A stretch of 64,000 nucleotides of DNA from an uncultured Rubrivirga sp. (lineage in GTDB: Bacteria > Actinomycetota > Actinomycetes > S36-B12): NCBI GenBank assembly GCA_964595675.1, contig CAZQRR010000001.1, positions 3,724 to 67,723 on the forward strand, in the 5' to 3' direction. The notes under the pieces are model-generated. The model saw only the letters and a program-made list of their open reading frames with translations, had not been told where the DNA came from and did not search any database. Position 1 is the stretch's first letter. Each line of letters starts with the position of its first letter. Positions 23,535 to 32,458 of this stretch are shown piece after piece. Position numbers and translations under genes: made by a program.

Positions 23535-24578
23535 ATGGTCACCCGTAAGTTCACGTCCACGCTGGCGACTATCGCAGCTGCAGCACTCGGGGCTACGCTC
23601 CTAGCAGCACCTGCCCACGCCGCCGACACCGGTCTTTACGGCCAAACCGCACCCGCGTCGGACGCCGTTTACCGACAGTCCCTCGCTATCTTGGGACTGA
23701 CGGCAGTAGGCGTAAAGCCCGCACCAAGCGCCGTGCAGTGGCTGATCGATCAGCAGTGTGCGGACGGCAGTTTCCAGTCCTACCGAGAAGACGTATCCGT
23801 GCCGTGCGCACCCAGTGATCCGCAGGCCTTCAGCGGCCCGGATACGAACTCCACCGCACTTGCAGCAATGGCCCTCGAGGCCGTGGACGATGACCGTGCC
23901 GCCTCCCGTGCCGCCTCCCGTGCGGCCAACGCGCTGATCCGCGGCGCGCAGCGAAGCGGCAACCAAGCCTCCTGGCCGTACAACTTCGGAGGCACGCCCG
24001 ATGCGAGTAGCACCGGGCTCGTCGTGAATGCACTCGATGCAGTAGGGAGCAACTCAGCAACGATCACGGCAGGCCAACGCTGGCTCAGCGCCCGCATCAT
24101 CCCTTGCGGTCGCAAGTACGGAGGCGCTATGCGCAACGATGTCGCCTCCGCAGCTGCCAACAATTTCGGCACAGCACAAGGTCTCCTGGGATTGACCGAG
24201 GCGCTCCCCGTGGAAAGTACGTCAAATCCCGAGGCCAATCCGGCGTGCGCCGGATCCGCGGAGAAGCGGGTAGCGAGCTACCTTGCCCGCACCTTGACCC
24301 GCGATGGGATCCTCACCTACTCCGGTTTCGGCGGCAACGACTACGGCTCGACTTCTGCCGCCGTCGTAGGGCTCGGCGAAGCCCAGCTCGGGCGCCAGGG
24401 AATCAATTCGGCCGTTGCCGCCCTCAAGCGCGACGCCCGAGACTGGATCTCCACCGATGCTGGGGACAGCGTGGGTGCCGCCGGATGGTTGTTGATGGTT
24501 GCCGAGGCTTCGGGCGAGAACCCACGCTCCTTCGGTGGCGTCAACCTCATTCAGACCATCACCGGCAGCATCCGTTGA
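23535..24578 (+). CDS. Secreted prenyltransferase/squalene-oxidase-repeat (alpha/alpha toroid) protein
   Basis: Sec signal peptide (ATLLAAPAHA-AD). Terpene-cyclase-like repeat signatures (QQCADGSFQS, ASWPYNFGG). RBS GAAGGGGA upstream. Confidence 0.75.
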   Translation: MVTRKFTSTLATIAAAALGATLLAAPAHAADTGLYGQTAPASDAVYRQSLAILGLTAVGVKPAPSAVQWLIDQQCADGSFQSYREDVSVPCAPSDPQAFSGPDTNSTALAAMALEAVDDDRAASRAASRAANALIRGAQRSGNQASWPYNFGGTPDASSTGLVVNALDAVGSNSATITAGQRWLSARIIPCGRKYGGAMRNDVASAAANNFGTAQGLLGLTEALPVESTSNPEANPACAGSAEKRVASYLARTLTRDGILTYSGFGGNDYGSTSAAVVGLGEAQLGRQGINSAVAALKRDARDWISTDAGDSVGAAGWLLMVAEASGENPRSFGGVNLIQTITGSIR

Positions 24579-25267
24579 TCCTTCGGGTGGCGGCGTTCAG
24601 TGCACTCACTTTCGTGGGTGCGCTGGGCGCCGCTGCCCCATCCGCTGAGGCCAGCACTGCATACCGATATTGGTCGTACTGGATCGCCGGAGTTGATTCC
24701 TCACAGTGGCGCTATGCCACAGAGGGAAGCGGCACGCACGTTCCGGTCGACGGACAGGTCGAAGGTTGGCGTTTCGGCATCGCGGGTGATTCCTCTCTGA
24801 TCCAACCGACGCGATCGCCGGACTTCGGGTCGATCTGCGCGGGCGTCGAGCTGCCCGAGGGCGGGAAGCGGATTGCAGTGGTGATCGAACCCGGAGCCGT
24901 ACAGGAAGCACCCCCCGGTGAGACGCCGGGCGCGCCGCTGACCGAATGCGTCACGACCGACGCCATGAGCACCGGGCTTCAGGTACTCCAATCACTCGCG
25001 GACGTCAGGATGGAATCGGGCTTCGTTTGCGGCATCGATGGCTATCCAGCCAATGAGTGTGCACCGCTGGTGGAACTCCCCACTACGCCACCGTCGCAGA
25101 TCGACACGGTTGATGGCGCACAAAGCAGCGCCTTGGCCGCCAATGAGACGACGACTGAAACGAATGAAGGCTCCGCAGGCACCCCCCTGGTCACTGCCGC
25201 AACCGTGTCTGCTCTCGCGCTCGTTGGATTCGGCGTGTGGCGATACCGACGGCGACAGCAGGTCTGA
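24575..25267 (+). CDS. Secreted, C-terminally membrane-anchored protein (SCO2322-like family as I recall it)
   Basis: Only the last ~230 codons of ORF 24104..25267 look coding. A TTG at 24575 overlaps the upstream TGA (TTGA); GTG 24587 is an alternative. Signal peptide ...APSAEA-ST, aromatic-rich segment YRYWSYWIAG...WRFGI, Thr/Pro linker, TM helix and RYRRRQQV tail. Confidence 0.65.
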   Translation: MILRVAAFSALTFVGALGAAAPSAEASTAYRYWSYWIAGVDSSQWRYATEGSGTHVPVDGQVEGWRFGIAGDSSLIQPTRSPDFGSICAGVELPEGGKRIAVVIEPGAVQEAPPGETPGAPLTECVTTDAMSTGLQVLQSLADVRMESGFVCGIDGYPANECAPLVELPTTPPSQIDTVDGAQSSALAANETTTETNEGSAGTPLVTAATVSALALVGFGVWRYRRRQQV

Positions 25268-26388
25268 TGGCCATCACCGCAACCCGACCGCCGCTCGCCC
25301 GTGTTCACGCGGGTGACGAATACCGGCTGCTGCACCCCGTCGCCTGGTGGGTATGGGCCCTCGGGCTCGCAGCCGCAGCCAGCACCACCACCAATCCCCT
25401 ACTCCTCATCGGGGTGATGTCCGCTGCAGCCGTGGTGGTCGAATTGCGTAAACCCACCGCACCCTGGGCTCGCTCCTTCGGCTTCTTCGTCAAACTCGCC
25501 GCAATCGTCGTGATCATCCGCGTGTTGGCGCAGATGTTGATCGGCGCCCCCGGAGGTACCGTCAGGCTGCTACCTATGCCCGGTCTTGCATTGCCCGAAT
25601 GGATGGCCGGCGTTCGTCTCGGTGGCGATGTCATGCTCGAGCCACTTCTCGCAGCGTTCTACGACGGACTTCGTCTCGCCGCGATCTTGATCGCTATCGG
25701 AGCCGCAAGTTCTCTGGCATCACCCACCCGGCTACTGAAGTCCGTGCCCGCGGCCGTCTACGAGATTGGTGTGAGCATCGTGGTGGCCACTACGTTCCTA
25801 CCGCAGTTGGTGAGCGATCTCGCACGCATTCGGGCCAACCGACGCTTACGGGGTCGCCGGGAAAACGGTCTTGCGGGTGTTGGTGCCGCTGCCATGCCCG
25901 TACTGCACGGGGCGATGGATCGATCGATCACACTCGCGGCTGCGATGGATTCACGTGGCTACGGGCGCACCGGCCATCGCACAGTCGCCGAACGGCGGTT
26001 GTCGGCTGCCGCACTTTTGGCAGGCCTGCTCTTCGCCACCGTCGGTGCCTATGGATTGCTCGGTACCGGTGCGGCCTCATGGTGGGGCCCGATGCTGATC
26101 GTGATCGGCCTAGCGAGCGCGGGCGCGAGCTTGTTCCTTGCTGGTCGCCGTAGCGTGCGCACTCGGTACCGACCCAACGTCTGGTTCGCCAGCGATCTTG
26201 CGACTGCTGCGATCGGGACAACGGTTGCGGCGCTCTTCTTCATCGCCGCCGCGCTGTGGCCATCGGCCATGGCCACGGCCACGTCTCCTCCAGCCTGGCC
26301 ATCGCTTCCGCTTCTCGCAGTGTTCGGCATCGTCATCGGGGCACTTCCAGCCTTCATAACTCCTCGACCACCCAGGGAAGGCTCATGA
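25267..26388 (+). CDS. ECF transporter transmembrane (T) component, CbiQ/EcfT family
   Basis: The ATG overlaps the upstream TGA (TGATG). Multi-TM protein with two coupling-helix xRG motifs (ANRRLRG, MDSRGY). Extra C-terminal TM helices. Confidence 0.8.
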   Translation: MAITATRPPLARVHAGDEYRLLHPVAWWVWALGLAAAASTTTNPLLLIGVMSAAAVVVELRKPTAPWARSFGFFVKLAAIVVIIRVLAQMLIGAPGGTVRLLPMPGLALPEWMAGVRLGGDVMLEPLLAAFYDGLRLAAILIAIGAASSLASPTRLLKSVPAAVYEIGVSIVVATTFLPQLVSDLARIRANRRLRGRRENGLAGVGAAAMPVLHGAMDRSITLAAAMDSRGYGRTGHRTVAERRLSAAALLAGLLFATVGAYGLLGTGAASWWGPMLIVIGLASAGASLFLAGRRSVRTRYRPNVWFASDLATAAIGTTVAALFFIAAALWPSAMATATSPPAWPSLPLLAVFGIVIGALPAFITPRPPREGS

Positions 26389-28010
26389 TCGAGTTCGACC
26401 ACGTTTCTATTCGCTACAGCCCCGACGGGCGCGAAATCCTGCGCGACGTCGATTTCACGATCCTCGAAGGTGAGTTCGTTCTGGTCGTCGGAGGCACCGG
26501 ATCCGGCAAGAGCACACTGCTCGGATGCATCAACGGCCTCGTTCCCCACTTCACCGGTGGCGTGCTCAGCGGCGAGGTTCGTATCGACGGACGACCGACC
26601 TCCGATCACCGGCCTCGTGATCTTGCAGACATCGTCGGCGTAGTTCCGCAAGATCCCCTTGCCAGTTTCGTCACGGATACGGTCGAAGAAGAATTGGCAT
26701 ACACGATGGAGTGTCTGGGTATCAGTCCCGATGTGATGCGCCGTCGCGTTGAGGAGACTTTGGATCTCCTCGGCCTCGAGGAATTGCGGAATCGGCCCTT
26801 ACGGACATTGAGTGGCGGGCAGCGCCAACGCGTGGCCATCGGTGCGGTGCTCACCGCGCATCCACGGATCCTCGTCCTGGATGAACCGACATCGGCATTG
26901 GACCCGGGCGCCGCTGAAGAGGTACTCGCTGCTTTGCATCGCCTCGTGCACGACCTCGGCGTGACCGTCGTGCTGGCCGAACACCGACTCGAACGAGTGG
27001 TCCAATACGCCGATCGCGTGATCGCCCTATCCGAATCGGGCACGAGTGTGACGATCGGCGAACCGTCGGCCATCCTGGCTGCCACCACCATCGCACCCCC
27101 GGTGGTGCACTTGGCGAAAGTCGTTGGTTGGAACCCGACGCCCATCACCATCCGCGATGCGCGCCGCCAGGCTGCCCCGCTGCGCCAACTACTCGCTGGT
27201 TTGGCACCCGTGATGCGTGCCGTGCCGGACAGCGCAACCATCGTGTCAGCTCACGACGTCACTATCCGTTACCCGCAGGCTGTAGCTCTCAAGCACGTGG
27301 ACGTCTCGATTCGCCGTGGCGAGATAGTCGCCTTGATGGGCCGCAATGGTGCGGGCAAATCGTCATTCCTCAATTCGCTCGTCGGCACCGTCCGCCCTGC
27401 AGGGGGAACGGTCGTGGTCGATGGACACGCTCCGCACGAGTTGTCCGGGCCCGACCTCGTGCGTCACGTCGGACTGGTTCCGCAAGATCCCGGCGACCTT
27501 CTGGAGGCAAGCACAGTTTTCGACGAATGCGTCGCATCGGACCGCGATGCCGGATGTGCGCCTGGCACAACGCGCGCGATCCTCGCCCTTTTGGCGCCGG
27601 AAGTTCTCGACGGCACGCATCCTCGGGATCTGAGCGAAGGTCAGCGTCTGCTGTTGGCCCTGGCCATCATCCTCGCCGCCCAGCCCGCACTCATCTGCCT
27701 GGATGAGCCCACTCGTGGGTTGGACTATCACACGAAACAACGACTGACCACGATCATCACCGATCTTGCAGAAGCCGGGCACGCGATCGTTTTGGCAACC
27801 CACGACGTCGAGTTGACAGCTGAACTGGCCACCCGAGTAGTCATCCTCGCCGATGGTGAGGTGGTGGCGGATGGACCCACCGCCGAGGTCACCACTTCTT
27901 CACCCATGTTCGCTCCACAAGTTGCGAAGGTCCTGGCACCGGAGCGTTGGCTCACCGTGGGGCAGGTCCGCGTCGCCCTGGAGCAGCAAGCCCGTGAGGA
28001 TTCCGCATGA
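26385..28010 (+). CDS. Fused double ABC ATPase (EcfA-EcfA' type)
   Basis: Two Walker A motifs (GGTGSGKST, GRNGAGKSS), two signature motifs (LSGGQRQRV, LSEGQRLLL) and two Walker B motifs (LVLDEPT, ICLDEPT). ATGA overlap upstream. Confidence 0.9.
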   Translation: MIEFDHVSIRYSPDGREILRDVDFTILEGEFVLVVGGTGSGKSTLLGCINGLVPHFTGGVLSGEVRIDGRPTSDHRPRDLADIVGVVPQDPLASFVTDTVEEELAYTMECLGISPDVMRRRVEETLDLLGLEELRNRPLRTLSGGQRQRVAIGAVLTAHPRILVLDEPTSALDPGAAEEVLAALHRLVHDLGVTVVLAEHRLERVVQYADRVIALSESGTSVTIGEPSAILAATTIAPPVVHLAKVVGWNPTPITIRDARRQAAPLRQLLAGLAPVMRAVPDSATIVSAHDVTIRYPQAVALKHVDVSIRRGEIVALMGRNGAGKSSFLNSLVGTVRPAGGTVVVDGHAPHELSGPDLVRHVGLVPQDPGDLLEASTVFDECVASDRDAGCAPGTTRAILALLAPEVLDGTHPRDLSEGQRLLLALAIILAAQPALICLDEPTRGLDYHTKQRLTTIITDLAEAGHAIVLATHDVELTAELATRVVILADGEVVADGPTAEVTTSSPMFAPQVAKVLAPERWLTVGQVRVALEQQAREDSA

Positions 28011-28909
28011 AGACGACGCAGCCGTTGCAGATTCCCTCGCAGAAATCCTCGCGCCTGTCCTCTCGCACCGCCCGGGCGGTACCCATCGGCGGACGTTCGC
28101 TGCTTGCCATTGTGTTTGCCAGTGCTCTGGGAGTAGTCGCATTCGGTTGGCCATTTCTCGCAGCACCCGAATCCACTCTCGTCGCTCACGCCGACGACGC
28201 ACCCCTTATCTTCGCGATATTCCTGCCCGTGATCTTGCTCGTGGTTCTTGCGCAATTCGCCGATGGTGCCATGGATGCGAAGTCCATCGCCCTTCTCGGC
28301 GTTCTCGCCGCAGTGATAGCCGCGCTGCGTCCGTTGGGTGCTGGTGTGGCAGGAATCGAACCCATCTGGGCGGTACTCATCCTCGGTGGTTTCGCACTCG
28401 GGCCAGGTTTCGGCTTCGTACTTGGTGCGATCTCTTTGCTGGCATCGGCCTTGATCACCGGCGGAGTCGGACCTTGGTTGCCGTTCCAGATGTTCGCCGC
28501 CGCGTGGATCGGGCTTGGCGCCGGGCTACTCGGCCAGTTGCCTGCCGTCAAGCGCCTCACGCCAACGCATCCCTGGCGCGAGGTTGCCGTTGTTGCCGGG
28601 TACGCAGCCGTCGCAGCGGTCGCCTACGGATTCGCCTTGAACCTCTGGTTCTGGCCCTTCACCATCGACCTTGCACCGCAGATCGCCTTCACTCCCGGAG
28701 CACCCATCTCCGAGAACCTGATTGCCTGGCTGCGGTTCAATGTGATCACCTCCCTTGGCTTCGATATCCCACGCGCGCTCCTGGCGGCCGGGCTGATCAT
28801 CGTTGCGGGGCGAGGAATCCTGACTGCTCTGCGCCGGGCAAGCCGACGAGCCGCTTTCGATGCACCCATTGCATTCGAGCGATCCGATGGCGGAACCATT
28901 CGCACTTAG
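28007..28909 (+). CDS. ECF-type substrate-capture (S) component-like integral membrane protein
   Basis: ATGA overlap with the ATPase stop. About six TM helices after a basic N-terminal tail. It lacks the CbiM-type MHI N-terminus. Confidence 0.65.
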   Translation: MKTTQPLQIPSQKSSRLSSRTARAVPIGGRSLLAIVFASALGVVAFGWPFLAAPESTLVAHADDAPLIFAIFLPVILLVVLAQFADGAMDAKSIALLGVLAAVIAALRPLGAGVAGIEPIWAVLILGGFALGPGFGFVLGAISLLASALITGGVGPWLPFQMFAAAWIGLGAGLLGQLPAVKRLTPTHPWREVAVVAGYAAVAAVAYGFALNLWFWPFTIDLAPQIAFTPGAPISENLIAWLRFNVITSLGFDIPRALLAAGLIIVAGRGILTALRRASRRAAFDAPIAFERSDGGTIRT

Positions 28910-28932
28910 CACCGCGTACGCGGTTGGCACTG

Positions 28933-29346
28933 CTAGCCGTCTGATTCGACCAACGCTCGGGTGATGGGCGGCAAGAGCGAGACCACAAGACCCACCACTG
29001 CCGTGGCGATGAGGACGACCCCCACCTGCTGGGTTCCTGTGTCGGGTGCACCCACGAGAGGCACGCCCACCACAAGGGCCAAGAGTTGGGCCACGATGAA
29101 CGGGGCGCGTGCAGCGTATTTCACCCGCCACCAACCGACGGCGATCAGGAACATGGCGATGCCGAGGACCGCGAAAATCACGATCTGAAGAATCAGCCCG
29201 GGCAGGTTCGAGACTTCCTGGGGTCCGGTGATACCCACTCGGATCCCCTGGACGACGTCGAATATCGCGTAACCGATCAGCCCGATGCCCTGCACCACGG
29301 CTACACCCGCGGGAACCAGCACGAGACGCTGCGAGGGGACGCTCAC
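28933..29346 (-). CDS. Small integral membrane protein (4 TM), unknown function
   Basis: 137 aa with four clear hydrophobic helices. Confidence 0.6.
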   Translation of the reverse strand: MSVPSQRLVLVPAGVAVVQGIGLIGYAIFDVVQGIRVGITGPQEVSNLPGLILQIVIFAVLGIAMFLIAVGWWRVKYAARAPFIVAQLLALVVGVPLVGAPDTGTQQVGVVLIATAVVGLVVSLLPPITRALVESDG

Positions 29347-29375
29347 AACGGGGAGCCTAGATCTAGGCTCGGAAC

Positions 29376-30371
29376 ATGCGGGCTCTCCTGGTGGTCAATC
29401 CGCGCGCGACCACCACGTCCACCGCCACCGCAGATGTCATCGTGCAGGCTCTATCGCACGAACTCGACCTAGAAGTGACCTTCACTACGCACCGCGGACA
29501 CGGTGTGGACCTCGGCAACTGGGCACTGGATAACCGACTCGACGCCGTCATCGCACTCGGTGGCGATGGTGTTGTCAACGAGGTTCTCAATGGCATTCTT
29601 CGAGACGGTCCCGGTCCCAACGTCCCAGCACTCGGAGTCATTCCCGGTGGCAGCGCCAACGTCTTCTCTCGTACCTTGAATATCCCGAACGATCCCGTTG
29701 AGGCGACCGGGGCCGTCCTGCGATCAGCACGAGCCGGCAGATTCCGCCGAATCGGCGTGGGGCATGTGAGGTTCGAGCAGGAAGCTCGCGAAGAGGGCTC
29801 TCGATGGTTCGTCGTGAACGCCGGATTGGGGATCGACGCTCAGATCATCGCGGCCATGGAACAGCAGCGTCACCGTGGGAAGAGGGCCACCCCGGGTAGG
29901 TACCTGATCACCACGATCCAGCAGTACGTGCGCGAGCGCGCGGGCACACCCATGACCTTGTCGCGACCGGGAGCCCGCCCGGTCGAGCATGTGCTGGTGA
30001 CGATCGTCCAGAACACCTCTCCGTGGACCTACTTCGGGGCCATTCCCATCGACCCATGCCCGCATGCCTCCTTCGAGACCGGCCTCGACGTCTTCGCTTT
30101 GCGGAGTTTGGATCCCCTGACCACCGTGCAGGCAGCCACCCGCATGCTCGGGCGGCTGAGCCGAGGCAGTAGCGGGCGGGGCTGGAAGGCCGGCGGCCCA
30201 GGTCGCATCGTGGTCTGGCACGACCAATCACGGTTCAGCGTCGAGGCCGAGGGCCGCGAAGGTTCGCTGCCCCTTCAGATCGACGGCGAGGGTCTGGGAA
30301 CGACCCGAAAGGCGACATTCGAATCCCACGCCCAGGCGCTTCTGGTGATGAGTAGCAGTTCCTCGGGCTGA
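29376..30371 (+). CDS. Diacylglycerol/lipid kinase family protein
   Basis: DAGK catalytic motif (VIALGGDGVVNEVLNG). 331 aa. Located next to whiB1, as I recall for Rv3218. Confidence 0.85.
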   Translation: MRALLVVNPRATTTSTATADVIVQALSHELDLEVTFTTHRGHGVDLGNWALDNRLDAVIALGGDGVVNEVLNGILRDGPGPNVPALGVIPGGSANVFSRTLNIPNDPVEATGAVLRSARAGRFRRIGVGHVRFEQEAREEGSRWFVVNAGLGIDAQIIAAMEQQRHRGKRATPGRYLITTIQQYVRERAGTPMTLSRPGARPVEHVLVTIVQNTSPWTYFGAIPIDPCPHASFETGLDVFALRSLDPLTTVQAATRMLGRLSRGSSGRGWKAGGPGRIVVWHDQSRFSVEAEGREGSLPLQIDGEGLGTTRKATFESHAQALLVMSSSSSG

Positions 30372-30408
30372 GTCAAAGCGATGGCGCGAAAGGGACATTT
30401 GTTGCACT

Positions 30409-30424
30409 TGTGACCAAAATGACA
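30409..30424. promoter_or_regulatory. Candidate CRP/FNR-family site (distal)
   Basis: TGTGA-CCAAAA-TGACA: one mismatch to TGTGA-N6-TCACA. About 207 nt upstream of the whiB start. Confidence 0.35.
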
Positions 30425-30570
30425 GCAGCCTGGCGCGAAACCTGGTCATTTAGGGTTGTGCCGACGCCGAGCCTCTGCGACCCTAGTGGAGCCCTAAGTC
30501 GGACTGATTGGGTCGCCTTCCTCCGAGGGTTCAGGGGAGATCCCCCTTCCCCCTCCTTGACGGGCCTAAT

Positions 30571-30586
30571 CGTGAAGGCTTTCACG
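30571..30586. promoter_or_regulatory. Candidate CRP/FNR-family site (proximal)
   Basis: CGTGA-AGGCTT-TCACG is a perfect inverted repeat with GTGA-N6-TCAC geometry. It ends 45 nt upstream of the whiB ATG. Confidence 0.45.
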
Positions 30587-30630
30587 AGTGCCGGCGACCC
30601 CGGTGCCCACCACCCTTGGAGGGATCACGC

Positions 30631-30885
30631 ATGGACTGGCGCCACGAGGCAGCCTGCCGTGACGAAGACCCGGAGTTGTTCTTCCCGATCGGCAATACCG
30701 GACCTGCCCTCATTCAAATCGAAGAGGCCAAGGCCGTCTGCCGACGCTGCCCGGTGGTCGACGAGTGCCTGCGGTGGGCTCTGGAGACGGGCCAGGACGC
30801 GGGCGTCTGGGGTGGCTTGAGCGAGGACGAGCGTCGAGCCTTGAAGCGCCGCAACGCTCGTCTGCGCGCTCGCACGAACGCCTGA
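30631..30885 (+). CDS. whiB1: WhiB-family [4Fe-4S] transcription factor (WhiB1-like)
   Basis: 84 aa. Four Cys (CRDEDPELFF...CRRCPVVDEC), GVWGG turn and a basic tail. RBS GGAGGG 8 nt upstream. The 125-aa ORF is trimmed to ATG 30631. Confidence 0.92.
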   Translation: MDWRHEAACRDEDPELFFPIGNTGPALIQIEEAKAVCRRCPVVDECLRWALETGQDAGVWGGLSEDERRALKRRNARLRARTNA

Positions 30886-30941
30886 CCCGCCGCCTGATCA
30901 GCCACCTCATCAGTACCCGTCAGTAGGGGTCTGCCCGATGA

Positions 30942-32435
30942 TTAGTCGGGAATCTGCACATCCACGATGGCCCGAGTTCCGTAGGGATCCTCGGCGAACT
31001 CGAAGCTGCCGCCCAATTCGGTCTCGGCCAGGGACGTGACGATCTGCAAACCCAGTCCGGGCTCGGCGATGGTGGCGTGGTCGACTCCACGGCCATCATC
31101 TCGAATTTCGATGCGCAGGGATCCCGGTTCGCGAACAGCACGAACTTCGACGAATGTGCCGCCGGAATGATGGACGGCGTTGTGGATGAGTTCGGAGACA
31201 CACATGGCCAACGGAGTGGCAACTTCCGCCGGTAGCTGGCCCGCGTCGCCCTGCCTTTCAAGCCGGAATCCGCTGCGTGGATCCTCCACCGCGACGGCGA
31301 ATAGGGCCCGAACGATCTGATCGAAGTCCACGGATTCACCTAAATCCGCATTCTCCCCCGCCGAGAGGGCCTCATGCACAACCGCGATCGCCGCGACGCG
31401 CATCTGCGCATCCGCCAACGCTGCGCGGACGGCATCATCTTGCGATCGTCTCGATTGAAGTCGCAACAACGACGCCACCGTCTGGAGGTTGTTCTTCACC
31501 CGATGGTGGATCTCGCGGATCGTCGCATCTTTGGACAAGAGCGCCCGCTCACGACGCCGGATATCCGTGGTGTCACGCAGCAGGAGGAGCGCGCCGTCGC
31601 TTGTTCCCATCCGAGTGAGCAACGGCAGCGACCGCAGTAGCACGGTCGACCCCGGAGCCTCGATATCCGAACGACCCGCTACCTTCCCGCGAGCCAGATC
31701 CACCACGGCCGCGTCCGACGCCCCCCTGCGCTGCAACAAGCGGATGACCAAACTCGCGAGATCGACTCCGACCACGTCGGTTGCAAGGCCTAGTCGCCGT
31801 AGTGCACTGACCGCGTTCGGACTGGCATAGACCACTTCACCTTGTCGATCCAACCGGATGACCCCATCCCCCACGCGCGGGCGGCCACTTGCTCCCGTGA
31901 CCGTCTCCACGACCGGGAATGTGCCTGCAGCGAGCATCGCGAAGAGGATGTCCGCAGTCGACAGATAGAACTCCTCCAACTGCCCGGCCACCCGCGGGGC
32001 CGACGAGGTGTGGCGCACCACGACCCCGATCACGTCCCGATCCCTGCCGGCCTGACCTTCGTCGTCTGCTGACGATCCCTGCCGCTGGGGTCGATGGATC
32101 GGGTAGGCCTCGAGGCCGGTGGGAACCAACGGGCGCGAATCATCACGTGCATGGATGGTGCGGCCGAAGGTCAGGGCCTGGTCCACCGCGGAAATCCGTC
32201 CTCGCGGTGTGAACTTGCCGATGACGTCCTCGGGAACGCTTGTGGGCGCGGTGGTAGGTCGAACGTGTGCCACCGCAACGGCGCCCGCATCGTTCCATGT
32301 GGGCACCCACAGGACCAGGTCCGAAAGCGACAGGTCCGCAATGAGAGACCAGTCCTCGACGACCGATGTCAGGTAATCCAGATCCCCTGGCGACAGATCG
32401 GTACGTTCCTTCACCAAACGTGCAGGTATCGGCAC
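30942..32435 (-). CDS. pdtaS: PdtaS-like sensor histidine kinase (GAF/PAS N-terminus, HisKA_2 + HATPase_c)
   Basis: H-box EIHHRVKNNLQTVASLLRLQ; ATPase motifs ELIHNAVHH, DDGRG, GLGLQIV. Adjacent to whiB1 as in mycobacteria. The start is trimmed to GTG 32433-32435 (alternatives TTG 32417, GTG 32414). Confidence 0.8.
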   Translation of the reverse strand: MPIPARLVKERTDLSPGDLDYLTSVVEDWSLIADLSLSDLVLWVPTWNDAGAVAVAHVRPTTAPTSVPEDVIGKFTPRGRISAVDQALTFGRTIHARDDSRPLVPTGLEAYPIHRPQRQGSSADDEGQAGRDRDVIGVVVRHTSSAPRVAGQLEEFYLSTADILFAMLAAGTFPVVETVTGASGRPRVGDGVIRLDRQGEVVYASPNAVSALRRLGLATDVVGVDLASLVIRLLQRRGASDAAVVDLARGKVAGRSDIEAPGSTVLLRSLPLLTRMGTSDGALLLLRDTTDIRRRERALLSKDATIREIHHRVKNNLQTVASLLRLQSRRSQDDAVRAALADAQMRVAAIAVVHEALSAGENADLGESVDFDQIVRALFAVAVEDPRSGFRLERQGDAGQLPAEVATPLAMCVSELIHNAVHHSGGTFVEVRAVREPGSLRIEIRDDGRGVDHATIAEPGLGLQIVTSLAETELGGSFEFAEDPYGTRAIVDVQIPD

Positions 32436-32458
32436 GGAACACAAAGTAGCGTGACCGC

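Noticed and set aside
24104-24574. N-terminal 157 codons of ORF 24104..25267
   Set aside because: This part overlaps the 23535 gene in another frame and is Arg-rich. Coding character (signal peptide onward) begins only at the TTG/GTG near 24575-24587.
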